A stretch of DNA of 64,000 nt from an uncultured delta proteobacterium (GTDB lineage: Bacteria; Myxococcota_A; Polyangia; Fen-1088), in contig CAVTRY010000016.1 of the NCBI GenBank assembly GCA_963737265.1, forward strand, positions 320,001 to 384,000, in the 5' to 3' direction. The notes under the pieces are model-generated. The model was given only the letters and a program-made list of their open reading frames with translations. It made no database searches and had not been told where the DNA came from. This document shows, in pieces, positions 39,197 to 50,800 of the stretch. How positions within the stretch are numbered: the stretch's first letter is position 1; the number at the start of each line of letters is the position of its first letter. The translations under genes and the position numbers were made by a program.

Positions 39197-42118
39197 CTAG
39201 GCGGCATCCTTCGGCTCGCTGTTGCTGCTGTCGAAGCTCGCACGCATGCGGGACGCCACACTGGCCACGTACGGCTCGCGCAGAAGCGTGCCGTGTCCCC
39301 CGGGTACATCGACAACCTCGGCCTGGTAGCCAAGGTAGTCCTGCCAACCGAAGAATGGATCCGCGAGGATCTCCACCAGCGGTGCATCGCTGCCTTTGCC
39401 CTCTGTCGCACGGTAGATCACCGCCTGCGTTCGCTGCAGTTTCGCAGGAACGTACTCGCTCTCCGCGAAAGCAAAGACCTCACGCACCGTTGGAGCGGCA
39501 ACGGCTCGGGGCCAATTCTTCCCGCCCGGAAAGACGTGACGAAGAAGGAAAAGCAACGAGCGGACACGGGCCTGCCGGTAACGATGCTCAACCTCGTAGC
39601 CAAGATAGCCGGTCAGTTTCTCCACACCTTTGCGCACGGTCGCGCCAGCCGTGGCGAGCGAAACGTCGCGGAATACTCCGGAAAACCGCTGCCAGCTCCG
39701 CATTCTGGCGGTGGTTCGTTTCTGCGCTTGCGGCGGCGAAGCTTCGATGATGGCCAGGTGTCGGATCTCCTCGCCGTAGCCCTCAAGCTGGCGCGCGACT
39801 TCGAATGCGATGAGCCCGCCCGCGCAGAGCCCGCCAAGGTGGTACGGTCCCGCCGGCTGAAGCTTGCGGATCTCCTTCACGTAGTGGCCCGCCATTTCCG
39901 CGATGCTGGTGTGGGCCATGGCAACCTTGTCGACGGCGAATGGTTCGATCCCGTAGACCGAGACGTGCTTCGGCATGCGCAGGGCGAGGTTGCGATACAG
40001 CAAGGTCTCGCCGTCGCCGTCGTGAATAAGGAACAGGGCTGGCCCCTGGCCGCCCTCTTTGAGTCGCACGACGCAGCTTTCGCGGCTGTGGACCTTTTGT
40101 TTGATGGCCCGCGCGAGCTGGCGCGGCGTACTGGCATCGAGAATGGTGGCCATCGGCAACCGCACCCCGTACTGCTCTTGAATGGCGCCGAAAAGCCGAA
40201 CCGCGATGAGGGAATTGCCTCCTAGCTCGAAGTAGTCTTGCTCGGCGCCGACTGCGGAGAGACCTAGCAACTCTTCGAAGAGAAGGCAGATACGCATTTC
40301 GAGCTCGGTGCGCTTGCCGCCCGGCTTGATGGGATCCGCCTTGGCACGAGCTGCTGCGGCGGCGGGCACCTCGACGAGCGATCCGTCGTGGTGGCAGCGC
40401 GCCTGCACGGTAAGCCGGTCTGGCGATCCGTTGCGCTCGACAACCAAATGCCCCGGGATACCGAATGGTCGCGGTTGGTTTTCTTCGTCGACGACCCGCA
40501 AGGACAGCGGATGTGCGGACGCGCCGCCCGACAGATACTTGGCGACCCAAGCAGGTGGTGCCGCCGAAACCTGGGCGAAGCGGGCCAAGATTCGCTCGCG
40601 CTCGCCACCCAGCAGATCGACCTCCCGCATGGGTTGGGTTGGATTCCTTACCAGCTCGCGAACCAGGTTCTTGTAGCAGCTCGCCCAATGCTCGATGGTC
40701 TCCTCGTCGAAGAGCTCCGTCTTGAACTCCACCGCCCCGGCAATGCGTTCGCCCCAGTCCTTGACCCACAAGGTGATGTCGTTGGTGGCGGCGCCCGATT
40801 CCAGCTCGAGTTGCGACAGCGAGAGATTGCCCATGTGGGAGCCGCGCTGGCTGACCTGCTGAAAGCTGAATTCGATCTGAAAGGCAGGCGCGAAGCCACC
40901 GGCATCGGATGGAGCCGAACGCACATCCAAGCGCTCGAGGGGGTATTCCTGATGTTCGTAGGCCGACAGGCAGAAGTCGCGCAGGGAAACGGCGAATTCG
41001 GCGAAGGTTCGGTCGAGATCGACATGAGTGCGCAGAAGCAGGATGTTGACGACGGGACCTATCAGTCCTTCAAGGCTAGGTTGGGTGCGAGCGTCCACCG
41101 GAGACGCGATGACGATGTCGCGCGTGGTCCCCATTCGCGCCAGCAACGCGTACAGCGAGGCCAGCAGGGTGATTTGCGGAGTGACCGACGCCTGCTTGGC
41201 GAAGCGCCGGATGGCATCCGCGGCCTCCACCGGAATCTCGAAAGGAATGCCCTTGCCCAGCGCCACAGCTACGCGCGGGCGCGGCCGATCGGTCGGCAAC
41301 GGAAGGGGTGGCAATTCTTGCCCGAGCGCGGTCTTCCAGAAGGTCGCCTGGTCGGCTATCTCCTGGGTGACTCGCTTGCGCTGCCACGCCACGAAGTCCT
41401 CGTAGCTAATGGGCAGGGGCGCGGGCGGCCAAGGCTCGCCCTGGGTGATGGCCGCGTAGCCCCCGCGCATCTCCTGCCAGAACACGTCGAACGACCAGCC
41501 GTCGAAGATCAGGACATTGAAAGCCGTGTGCAGCACGTACACTTCGGGGCTCACCCGTACGAGAGTAAAGCGAAAGAGCGGGGGCTGCCGGATGTCGAAT
41601 TCAACGTGGGAAAGATCCGCGAGCAACTCGCGCAGACGTTGCGGCCGCTCGTCGTCGCTGTACCCGGTGAGGTCGGTGGTGGGCAGAGCTAGCGGAACGT
41701 CCGCAAGCACCTCTTGTTCCGCGTTTTCCCCATCGAGGAGAAAACGCGTGCGCAACGGCATGTGGCGCGCGACAATCCAGCGCAGGGATTCGGTCAGCGC
41801 CGAGACATCGAGTGCCCCGCGCAACAAGAACGCAGTCGGTACGGCACTCGAGATTCGGCCGGTAATGACCGCCCTCCGCTGGGTGAAGGACAGCGGGAAA
41901 TGCCCTTTCGCCACGGTACGCGGAATCGCCGAGCCAGCTCCGGATTTCCGCGAGACATCCGCAAGCAGGGTCAAAAGCTCGGCCTTGGCCGCGCGGATTT
42001 GGGCGGCGAGATCGGGTGTCAGCACGCCGGGCGCCGCGATACAACGCAGACGATCGCCGTCGACGACCAGCTCGATCTTTTGCTCGCGAATGACTCCGAG
42101 CAGTTCGCCTACTTTCAA
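39197..42118 (-). CDS. NRPS terminal subunit: TubC-type docking domain, degenerate C, vestigial A, T, thioesterase with Cys nucleophile
   Basis: TTG start overlaps the upstream stop; DGDRLRCIAAPGVLTP; C motif reads FNVLIFDGWS; T YFELGGNSL; TE GGLCAGG and GGH. Confidence 0.85.
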   Translation of the reverse strand: MKVGELLGVIREQKIELVVDGDRLRCIAAPGVLTPDLAAQIRAAKAELLTLLADVSRKSGAGSAIPRTVAKGHFPLSFTQRRAVITGRISSAVPTAFLLRGALDVSALTESLRWIVARHMPLRTRFLLDGENAEQEVLADVPLALPTTDLTGYSDDERPQRLRELLADLSHVEFDIRQPPLFRFTLVRVSPEVYVLHTAFNVLIFDGWSFDVFWQEMRGGYAAITQGEPWPPAPLPISYEDFVAWQRKRVTQEIADQATFWKTALGQELPPLPLPTDRPRPRVAVALGKGIPFEIPVEAADAIRRFAKQASVTPQITLLASLYALLARMGTTRDIVIASPVDARTQPSLEGLIGPVVNILLLRTHVDLDRTFAEFAVSLRDFCLSAYEHQEYPLERLDVRSAPSDAGGFAPAFQIEFSFQQVSQRGSHMGNLSLSQLELESGAATNDITLWVKDWGERIAGAVEFKTELFDEETIEHWASCYKNLVRELVRNPTQPMREVDLLGGERERILARFAQVSAAPPAWVAKYLSGGASAHPLSLRVVDEENQPRPFGIPGHLVVERNGSPDRLTVQARCHHDGSLVEVPAAAAARAKADPIKPGGKRTELEMRICLLFEELLGLSAVGAEQDYFELGGNSLIAVRLFGAIQEQYGVRLPMATILDASTPRQLARAIKQKVHSRESCVVRLKEGGQGPALFLIHDGDGETLLYRNLALRMPKHVSVYGIEPFAVDKVAMAHTSIAEMAGHYVKEIRKLQPAGPYHLGGLCAGGLIAFEVARQLEGYGEEIRHLAIIEASPPQAQKRTTARMRSWQRFSGVFRDVSLATAGATVRKGVEKLTGYLGYEVEHRYRQARVRSLLFLLRHVFPGGKNWPRAVAAPTVREVFAFAESEYVPAKLQRTQAVIYRATEGKGSDAPLVEILADPFFGWQDYLGYQAEVVDVPGGHGTLLREPYVASVASRMRASFDSSNSEPKDAA

Positions 42119-45100
42119 AAATCGACCTCCTCGGTTTCGCCCGCGGCGCGCAGTTGCCCGTCGCCGCCGCTCCGGCCGACAAGCAGCGCCGCCTCGACGT
42201 GCGCCGACAACTCCTCGATGGTCTGCGCGCGGAAGACTGTGCGCAACGGAATGTCCACGGCGAAGGTTTCGCGAATCCGATTCAGCATTCGCACTGCCAG
42301 CATCGAATGCCCGCCGAGAGCGAAGAAGCCGTCGCGCAATCCCACCCGCCCGACGCGCAGAAGATCGGCCCACATCGTCGCCATCTGCGTCTGGATCGTC
42401 GTCACCGGAGCGACGTAGTCTTCCCCGCCCGCCTGGCCGAGCTCGGTCGCGGGTAGCGCCTTGCGATCGACCTTGCCATTCGGGGTTAGCGGCATGGCAT
42501 CGAGCACCACGAGGTGCTGCGGAACCATGTAGGGCGGCAAACGGTCGCGCAGGTGCTTGGTCAACGTGGCGGGGTCGATGGTCTGCCCGGGAGCAGGAAC
42601 GACATAGGCCACCAGCCTGGCGTCGCCGACGGCAATCTCACGAATCATGACAGCGCTTTGGCGAACGCTTGCGTGCTGATCCAAGGCGGACTCGATTTCG
42701 CCGAGCTCGATTCTGAATCCGCGCAACTTGACCTGGCCATCGTTGCGCCGCTCGAAATACAGGCGGCCGTCGCCGCTCCAGCGCACCAGATCGCCGGTTC
42801 GATACATGCGCGCGCCGGGCTCCTTCGCGTAGGGATCGGGCACGTATCGTTCGGCGGTCAGGTCGGGCCGATTGAGATACCCGCGCCCCACGCCAAACCC
42901 GCCGATGTAGAGCTCGCCGGCAGCTCCCGTGGGAACCAGCTGGCCCGCCCCATCGAGCAGATAGACGGTGGTGTTGTCGACCGGACGCCCGATGCTGATG
43001 GGACCATCGGTGGTGTCGATGCGCCCGCAGGTCGACCAGATGGTGGTTTCGGTTGGCCCGTAGAGATTCCACAGACTACCGACCCGGCCGAGAAGGTCAT
43101 TGGCCAGCTCGCGTGGCAAGGCCTCCCCCGTGGACATGGCCTTGAAGTTCTTGCCGCCGACGAAATTCGCCTCGCACAGCAGGCGCCACGTCGCCGGCGT
43201 GGCCTGCAACACCGTCGCACCCACGTCGTGCAGGAATTTCGCCAGCGCCGGGCCGTCCATGGCTACGTCTCGCGAGGCGATGACCGTGCGGCTTCCCACG
43301 CAAAGGGGCAGGAACAATTCGAGCGCCGCGATGTCGAACGAGAGCGTCGTCACCGCCACGAGAACGTCGCCGGCGGAAAGCCCCGGCACGCGCGACGCGC
43401 TAGCGAGGAAGTTGATCACGCCGAGTTGCTCGACCTGCACGCCCTTGGGCTTGCCCGTCGAACCCGAGGTGTGCAGCACGTAGGCGAGCTGATGCGGATC
43501 CGCCCCGCGCGGAGGGGCGTCGTCGCGAGCGCCGTCTTCCTCGTCGATCCACAGGCGTGTCAGCGAGCCCTGCGGAAACACCTCGGCCAGCCCATGTTCG
43601 GTGACCAGCACGCGGACCTTCGCATCTTCGAGGACGAAGGCCAACCTAGCCGGCGGATAGTCCGGATCGAGCGGAACGTAGGCGGCTTCGGCCTTCCACA
43701 CCCCGAGCAGAGCAACCACGAGTCGAGTACCGCGCTCGATGCACAGGCCGACGCAATCGTCTTTGCCCACCCCCAGCTCTTTCAGCTTGTGGGCAACTTG
43801 GTTGGCTCGCCGGTCGAGCTCGAGGTAGGTGAGCGAGCCGCGATCGTCGCGCACGGCCACCGTATCGGGCGTGCGCCGAGCTTGCGCCTCGATGAAATCG
43901 ATGGCGGACGAAACCGCGGGCAGCTCGCGCTGGGTGGCATTCCATTCCGTCAGCAAGCACGTCTGCTCGTCGTCGGGAAGGACGCGCATTCTGCCGAGTG
44001 GCGTGCCGGGCGCGGCGACCACCGCCTGGAGCAACGTGGTCAGCTCGCGCAGCCAGCGCAGAATCGTCCGATGGTCGAAGAGACGTGTGTTGTAGGTGGT
44101 CTCGAGCACCAAGCCGTCGTCGGTCTCGATGCCGTTGAAGAACAGCTCGAAGCGCTCGAAGGCACGCGGGTTGCTGATGAAGGATCCAGTCGCAGCGCCG
44201 AAGCGGACGGCCGGCATCCGCTGATCCAGGTTGAACACCACGGGGATAAGCGGAATCCTGGCCGGGTCGCGGGGAACTTCCAGCTTCTTGAGTAGGGCGC
44301 CGAAGGACAGCCGCTGGTGCTCCGCTCCCTCGACGATTTGCCGTTTCAGCGTGCGAACGTGGTCAAGGAAAGCGGCCTCGGGATCGAGAGTCACGCGCAG
44401 AGGCAACGTATTCACGCAATGCCCAACCAGCCCAGGCATTCCCGCCGCAGCCTGCCCTGCCGCCGGCAGGCCCATGGCGAACTCGGTTTGTCCGGTCAGG
44501 CGATACAGCCAGGCATCGACCGCGGCCATGAGGGTTGCCACCAGGGTGGCCGAAGCCTGCTTCGCTACCCCACGCAAGCCGTCGAGCAGCGCCCGATCGA
44601 GCAACCAGTCCTCGCGCCGTGCATCGAGCTTGAGCTCGCGCGCTCGCGGTCTGTCGACGGGAAGCTCCAAACTGGACGGAGCGGTGCCAAGAACACCGAG
44701 CCAGTACTTCTCAGCCTCCTCCGCATCCGCCCCGTGCATCCCCCGCAGCTCGGTCACCGCGAAATCGGAGAACAGCGGCGCCGTGGCGAGTTTGGCAGAC
44801 CGCTCTTCTTTTAGGGCGGCGTAAAGCTCGCCAAGCTCCGTCAGGACTACGCCTGTCGACCATCCATCGCAGACGATGTGGTGGGCGGTTAGCACCAGTT
44901 CGTACTGCTCGGGTTCTAGACGAATCAGCAATGGGCGAAAGAGCGGCCCGCGCACGAGATCGAAGGGCACGCGCACCTGTTCCGCGACGACTTCCTTGCG
45001 CCTGGCTTCGCGCACCTCGGGGGCCAGCGAACCGAGGTCGATGACCGTCAGCTTCGCGCGTGGCTCCGCCTCCACCAGGTACTGGGTGCCGTCGCCCGTG

Positions 45101-45339
45101 AAGGTCGTGCGCAGGGCTTCGTGGCGGCGGACCAAATCCGCCACGGCATGGTCGAGAATGTCGGCGTCGAGGGGCCCGCGAATCGCCAACGAGACAGACT
45201 CGTTGTAGGCAAGGTTGGCTTCTTCTCCCAACAAGGCAATGGCGAGCCAAATCTCCTGCTGTGGCTCCGTCACCGGAGCGGAAAGAACGATCGCACCGCT
45301 GGCGAAGGGATCGTGGTCGACAAGAGTGGTGCTTTTCAT
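42115..45339 (-). CDS. NRPS module C-A-T (A predicted Gly-like)
   Basis: HHIVCDGWS, HTSGSTGKPKG, NLYGPTE, YRTGDL, PNGKVDR, FFALGGHSM. Confidence 0.93.
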   Translation of the reverse strand: MKSTTLVDHDPFASGAIVLSAPVTEPQQEIWLAIALLGEEANLAYNESVSLAIRGPLDADILDHAVADLVRRHEALRTTFTGDGTQYLVEAEPRAKLTVIDLGSLAPEVREARRKEVVAEQVRVPFDLVRGPLFRPLLIRLEPEQYELVLTAHHIVCDGWSTGVVLTELGELYAALKEERSAKLATAPLFSDFAVTELRGMHGADAEEAEKYWLGVLGTAPSSLELPVDRPRARELKLDARREDWLLDRALLDGLRGVAKQASATLVATLMAAVDAWLYRLTGQTEFAMGLPAAGQAAAGMPGLVGHCVNTLPLRVTLDPEAAFLDHVRTLKRQIVEGAEHQRLSFGALLKKLEVPRDPARIPLIPVVFNLDQRMPAVRFGAATGSFISNPRAFERFELFFNGIETDDGLVLETTYNTRLFDHRTILRWLRELTTLLQAVVAAPGTPLGRMRVLPDDEQTCLLTEWNATQRELPAVSSAIDFIEAQARRTPDTVAVRDDRGSLTYLELDRRANQVAHKLKELGVGKDDCVGLCIERGTRLVVALLGVWKAEAAYVPLDPDYPPARLAFVLEDAKVRVLVTEHGLAEVFPQGSLTRLWIDEEDGARDDAPPRGADPHQLAYVLHTSGSTGKPKGVQVEQLGVINFLASASRVPGLSAGDVLVAVTTLSFDIAALELFLPLCVGSRTVIASRDVAMDGPALAKFLHDVGATVLQATPATWRLLCEANFVGGKNFKAMSTGEALPRELANDLLGRVGSLWNLYGPTETTIWSTCGRIDTTDGPISIGRPVDNTTVYLLDGAGQLVPTGAAGELYIGGFGVGRGYLNRPDLTAERYVPDPYAKEPGARMYRTGDLVRWSGDGRLYFERRNDGQVKLRGFRIELGEIESALDQHASVRQSAVMIREIAVGDARLVAYVVPAPGQTIDPATLTKHLRDRLPPYMVPQHLVVLDAMPLTPNGKVDRKALPATELGQAGGEDYVAPVTTIQTQMATMWADLLRVGRVGLRDGFFALGGHSMLAVRMLNRIRETFAVDIPLRTVFRAQTIEELSAHVEAALLVGRSGGDGQLRAAGETEEVDF

Positions 45340-45343
45340 GGCG

Positions 45344-47518
45344 CTATACCTTCTCAAGAGGAATATGTCTTAAGGGGTTTATGGGATCGGGCACGAACCA
45401 GGCCGGGTTTCCCTTGGCATCTCGGCCCAGGCGCGCGCCCAGCGCGGGCGGTGCATCGGCGCGGATTTGCACCACGGGGCGGGGATAGAAGCCACCCTCT
45501 TGCATCGCCGCGATGGCCTGCTTGAACACCTCAATGACCGCCGCCAGATCTTCTTCCTGATGGGCCAGGCTGACAAAGCACGGCCGCCCATCCCACACGT
45601 GCACGCCGCGCTCTCGTGCGTGGGCGAACAGGATCTCGCCATAGGGGGTCTCGGCGGTCTGCGCGAACTTCATCACGCTGCCAAAATGATGAAGCTCGAC
45701 CGGCGCCTCCTCGGCGCGAAAAAGTTGATTAAGGCTGTCGACGAAGCGCTCGGTCTTCTCGTTGAGCCGCCGTTGCAGATCCGGGCCCTGCTCTTTCATG
45801 TACAGAAGCGCCGCCCTGGCCGCGGCCATCGCGATGGGGTGGCGCACGAACGTCCCGGCGAAATAGGTCACCCCTACCTCGGGCGCCGACGCGTCCCCGT
45901 ACTCCCAGTGTCCGCCATCCAGCGCATCCATGTACGCGCGTTTGCCAGCCACAATCCCGATCGACAGCCCGCCGCCCACTACCTTGCCGTAGCTGCCGAG
46001 GTCGGCCTGAATCCCGAAGTGCTCCTGCGCACCGCCGGGGGCCACCCGGAAACCGCATACCACCTCGTCGAAGATCAGGGCGATGTCGGTCTCCTGGGTG
46101 AGCTGGCGCAGGTCTTTCAAGAACGCAGCCGGCTGAATGTGAGGCGCGCGGCTTTGCACGGGCTCGACCAAGACCGCGGCGATTTCGTCCGCGCGCTGGC
46201 GGATCACGTCGAGCGCCGCCGGATCATTCCATGGCAAAACAAGCATATTCTCGACCGAGGCGCGCGGGATGCCGGGCGCGGCGGGCATGGTTCGCGCCTT
46301 GGTTGCGCGAACGACGACCTCGTCGAAGATGCCGTGGTAGGCACCGGCGAACATCACCACCAGATCGCGCCCGGTCACCGTGCGCGCCAGCCGCAGCGTC
46401 GCCAGCACCGCCTCGGAACCGGTATTGCAAAAGGCGACCCGGTCGAAGGGAACGAATTCGCGAAACAGCGTCGCCACTTCCTCGGCCAGCCAGGTTTGCG
46501 GCCCGATCTCCATGCCAAGCTCCATCTGCTCCGCGATGGCCTTGCGAATGAAGGGCGCGCCGAACCCGAAAAAATTCGACCCGTAGCCGCTCAACAAATC
46601 GATGTATTCGTTGCCATCCAGATCCCAGAGCCGGCAGCCCGACGAGCGCCTGGCCACGATGGGATAGACCAGCTCCTTGAGGCGCGGACGAAAACCGGCG
46701 ACGGTGCGCGGATCGGAGATCTGCTTGCGGTTGCGGGCCGTAAATGCCTTGGACGCCGCGGTCTTCGCCGTGTAGCGCGCGATCAGACGTTCGAGGTGCT
46801 TGTTCTGCGTCGGGGTCAGATCCTTGCCGCTCGTGCGATCGATCACGAGCTGCGGTCCATGCCCACGGGGCGGTTCGCTGGGCTGCGCGGGCGAATTGGA
46901 ATCGACAGCACCCGCAGGCGAGCCGGCGGCGGCCTCGCCGGGAGTGGATGCCCGCGCGACGGTCCCATCCGGCACGGGCAAGGTCTGGCCCGACGCCGCG
47001 CCCGACACCGACTCGGGCACCAGCGCTTGGCCGCCCGAGAGCAACTCGAGCTGACGACGCATAATGGAGAGTTGGCCGCGCACCAACTCCTCGACGGCGG
47101 ACATTCCTGGTGCGGAAAATTGGGAGAGTGCCATCGTCTCACTCCTTTGCAAGCGAACGGGTGCGACCGTCGGGCGAGCGGGCCGCGGCGCCGCGCTCAC
47201 AGATGCCGACGCTTCCGCGGATCCGCCAGGTTTGGTCGCCGGAGCGGCGTCCGCGAAAGCGGAAGCAGGCAAGCTTCCATCGAGGTGCTCGGCCAGTTGC
47301 TGACAACTCGGAAATTCTTCGGCCAGATCCTTTAGCTTGACCTTGACCTTGAATTGCTTGCTCATCGCCAGTGCGGCTTGGGTCAGCAGCAGCGAATCCA
47401 ACCCGAGATCCGAGAAGGTGGCCGAAGGAGCTTCCGCCGAAAGATCGCGCCCCGAGATTTCCTCGAGGACAGCCTGAACACTGCCAACGATACGAAGTAC
47501 ACGGCTTGGTGATGTCAA
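45344..47518 (-). CDS. ACP plus class-III (glutamate-semialdehyde aminomutase-like) aminotransferase didomain
   Basis: FSDLGLDSL carrier motif; DPRTVAGF, WDLDGNEYID, NTGSEA, YHG, LIFDEVV, YGKVVGGG, FAGTF. Confidence 0.92.
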   Translation of the reverse strand: MTSPSRVLRIVGSVQAVLEEISGRDLSAEAPSATFSDLGLDSLLLTQAALAMSKQFKVKVKLKDLAEEFPSCQQLAEHLDGSLPASAFADAAPATKPGGSAEASASVSAAPRPARPTVAPVRLQRSETMALSQFSAPGMSAVEELVRGQLSIMRRQLELLSGGQALVPESVSGAASGQTLPVPDGTVARASTPGEAAAGSPAGAVDSNSPAQPSEPPRGHGPQLVIDRTSGKDLTPTQNKHLERLIARYTAKTAASKAFTARNRKQISDPRTVAGFRPRLKELVYPIVARRSSGCRLWDLDGNEYIDLLSGYGSNFFGFGAPFIRKAIAEQMELGMEIGPQTWLAEEVATLFREFVPFDRVAFCNTGSEAVLATLRLARTVTGRDLVVMFAGAYHGIFDEVVVRATKARTMPAAPGIPRASVENMLVLPWNDPAALDVIRQRADEIAAVLVEPVQSRAPHIQPAAFLKDLRQLTQETDIALIFDEVVCGFRVAPGGAQEHFGIQADLGSYGKVVGGGLSIGIVAGKRAYMDALDGGHWEYGDASAPEVGVTYFAGTFVRHPIAMAAARAALLYMKEQGPDLQRRLNEKTERFVDSLNQLFRAEEAPVELHHFGSVMKFAQTAETPYGEILFAHARERGVHVWDGRPCFVSLAHQEEDLAAVIEVFKQAIAAMQEGGFYPRPVVQIRADAPPALGARLGRDAKGNPAWFVPDPINPLRHIPLEKV

Positions 47519-47817
47519 GGGTAAGGTCCTTGTTAAGTTGGATGCATTTTAAGTTGGTTACGTTCGTCGCACATTGCGATTCTTGTCAAATAATCTAGGC
47601 CAAATTATTCTGCGCCGAAACACTCTACATGCACCTTTTTGGGGGGGTATGGCTGGAAACCCGCCCGACTAGATGCATCACCTCACCTCTTCTCTTCGCG
47701 ATCCTGCGCGAATCCTGTTTCGGCGCTGGGGATAGAGTAGATTTCCTGGCTAGCCTCTCCGATTCAGTTCTCCGTCAACCCAGACAACTGGCGCCAAGAA
47801 GCCAACCGAGAATAGCC

Positions 47818-50800
47818 ATGACCAATCGCACCACGCCGCCCCTGGACAGCGCACAGGCCCACGAGCTCCTCGATAGGTGGAATCCCCGACGGTCGTTTGA
47901 CCCCGGCCCGTGCTTGCACGAGCGATTCGAGGCCGTGGCGACCGCGCGGCCCAATGCGGCGGCGTTGGCCTTCGAGAATGACCGCATGACGTATGCGGAC
48001 CTCAATCGCCGCGCCAACCAGTTGGCCCACACGCTTTTGGCCCGGGGCGTGGGACCGGACGCCTTGGTCGGGTTGTGCGCCGAACGATCCCTCGACTTGG
48101 TGGTGGGTCTGCTCGGCATCCTCAAGGCCGGCGGCGCCTACGTGCCGCTCGATCCGAGCTATCCCGCCGACCGGCTTCGCCACATGCTCGACGATTCGGG
48201 CATCACGGTCTTGGTGACTCAAAAGGGCGCGGCGCCGGATCTTCAGGCCGCGGCCGTCGCCAAGGGCGCGGCGGTCGTGCGCCTCGATGGTGAGCTTTCC
48301 GGCAACACCGCCAATCCCGCCCACCTTACCCGTTCCGAGAATCTGGCGTACGTCATCTACACCTCCGGCTCCACCGGCAAGCCCAAGGGTGCGCCCATCA
48401 GCCACGGCAACGTCACCCGGCTTTTCGCCGCCACCGACGCGTGGTTCGGGTTCAAGGACAGCGACGTTTGGACGCTCTTCCACTCGTACGCCTTCGACTT
48501 CTCGGTCTGGGAATTGTGGGGCGCTCTTCTCCACGGTGGCCGCCTGGTCGTCGTGCCCTATCTCGTCAGCCGATCGCCGGATGCGTTCTACGCCCTGCTG
48601 GGTTCGCAAGGCGTGACCGTGCTCAACCAAACGCCGTCCGCCTTCCGCCAGCTCGTGCAGGCCGAGATCGACGCCCCGGCCAAACAGAACCTCGCCCTGC
48701 GCACCGTAATCTTCGGCGGCGAAGCTCTGGAATTGCAGGGGCTGCGTCCCTGGTTCGAGCGCCACGGCGACGAACGGCCGCGCCTGGTCAACATGTACGG
48801 CATCACTGAAACCTGCGTGCATGTGACCTACCGGCCCATCACCGCGCAGGACGTGCGCGACGGGCAGGGCAGCGTCATCGGCGAGCCTCTCCTCGATCTG
48901 CAAATCTATCTGCTCGACGAAGAACAGCACCTGGTGCCGGCCGGCGAGCCGGGCGAAATCTACGTGGGCGGCGCCGGCCTTGGAAGAGGCTATCTCAACC
49001 GTCCCGAGTTGACGGCCGAGCGCTTTCCTACCTTGTCGCTGGCCGGACGGCCGCCGGAGCGACTTTACCGCAGCGGCGATCTGGCGCGGCGGCTGCCGTC
49101 CGGCGACCTCGAGTATCTTGGCCGCATCGATCACCAGGTCAAGCTGCGCGGCTTCCGCGTCGAGCTGGGAGAAATCGAGTCGGTGTTGGCGCAGGACGCA
49201 GACGTGCGCGAGGTGGTGGTGTTGGCCCGGCAAGACGAACCGGGCGATCAGCGCCTGGTCGCGTATCTGTCCATGCGCCAGCGCGTCGAGGTGGACGAAA
49301 GCGGCGTCATCGAGCGCCTGCGTGCGCTCGCGCGGGCGCGGCTGCCCGAGTACATGGTGCCGTCGGCGTTCGTCTTTCTTGGCGCCTTGCCGCTCACCGA
49401 AAACGGGAAGGTCGATCGCCGCGCGCTGCCCGCACCCAAAAGCTCACGTGGCGATCGGGACCGCCCGTTCGCCGCGCCTCGGTCGGCGACCGAAATCGCC
49501 ATCGCGGAGGTCTGGCGGCGGATCCTGCGCCTCGATCGAGTCGGCGCGGACGAGAGTTTTTTCGACCTGGGCGGCACGTCCCTGCTTGCCGTGCGGGCCG
49601 CGGGCGAGGTGCGGCGGCGCCTGGGCGTGGACGTGCCCGTGGTCAAGATGTTCGAGCATCCGGTCCTGCAAGACCTGGCGCGCGTCTTGGAGGTCACGGG
49701 CAAGAACCACGGATCGGTGGCGCCGAGACCGCGCCGGCGAGCCCTGACGCAGGGCCAAGCCGAACGGGACATCGCGATCATCGGCATGGCGGGGCGCTTC
49801 CCGGGCGCGCCCGACGTGGCGACGCTGTGGCGGCACCTGCTCGATGGTGTCGATTCGGTGACTTTCTTCTCCCCCGACGAGCTGGATCCACGCGAGCGCG
49901 AAGCGAGCACGCTGCCCGACTACGTGCGGGCGCGCGGCATTCTCGCCGACGCGGACAAGTTCGACGCCGAATTTTTCGGCGAGAACGCACGCATCGCGGA
50001 CATCACCGATCCGCAGCAGAGGGTGCTGCTCGAACTAGCGTGGGCGGCGCTGGAAGATGCGGGCGTGGTGCCGGAGCGCTACGACGGTCTTGTCGGTGTC
50101 TACGCCGGCACCGGTCACAACACCTATTTCAGCCGCAACGTCCTGCGGGCTCCCGAGCGCGTCGAGGCCGTGGGCGAGCTGCAAACCCTGCTCGCCAACG
50201 ACAAGGATTTCGTCGCCACGCGAATCGCGCACAAGTTGAACCTGCGCGGACCGGCGCTCAGCCTGCACACCGCATGTTCGACTTCGCTGGTGGCGACGAG
50301 CGTGGCCGTGCACGGCCTGCGCGCCTATGAATGCGACATCGCCCTGGCCGGCGCCGTGTCGGTGACGGTTCCCCAGGCGAGCGGCCACATCTATCAAGAG
50401 GGTGCCATGTTGTCCGCCGATGGTTACACCCGGACGTTCGACGCCAAGGCCACCGGCACCGTGTTCAGCGACGGCGGTGGCGTGGTCGTTCTCAAACGAC
50501 TGGCCGACGCACGCGCCGACGGCGACCGCATCTACGCCGTGATTCGCGGCGCCGCCACCAACAACGACGGCGCCGGCAAGGCCAGCTTCATGGCGCCGAG
50601 CGTGTCCGGACAAGCCGCCGTCATCGCTGCCGCGCAAGAAGATGCCGGCGTCGATCCCGAATCCATCAGCTACGTCGAAGCGCATGGCACCGCAACCCCG
50701 CTCGGCGATCCCATCGAAGTGGAAGCCCTCACGCGCGCGTTCCGGCTGCGCACGGCGAAAAATGGCTTCTGTTCCATCGGCTCGGTAAAGAGCAATCTCG

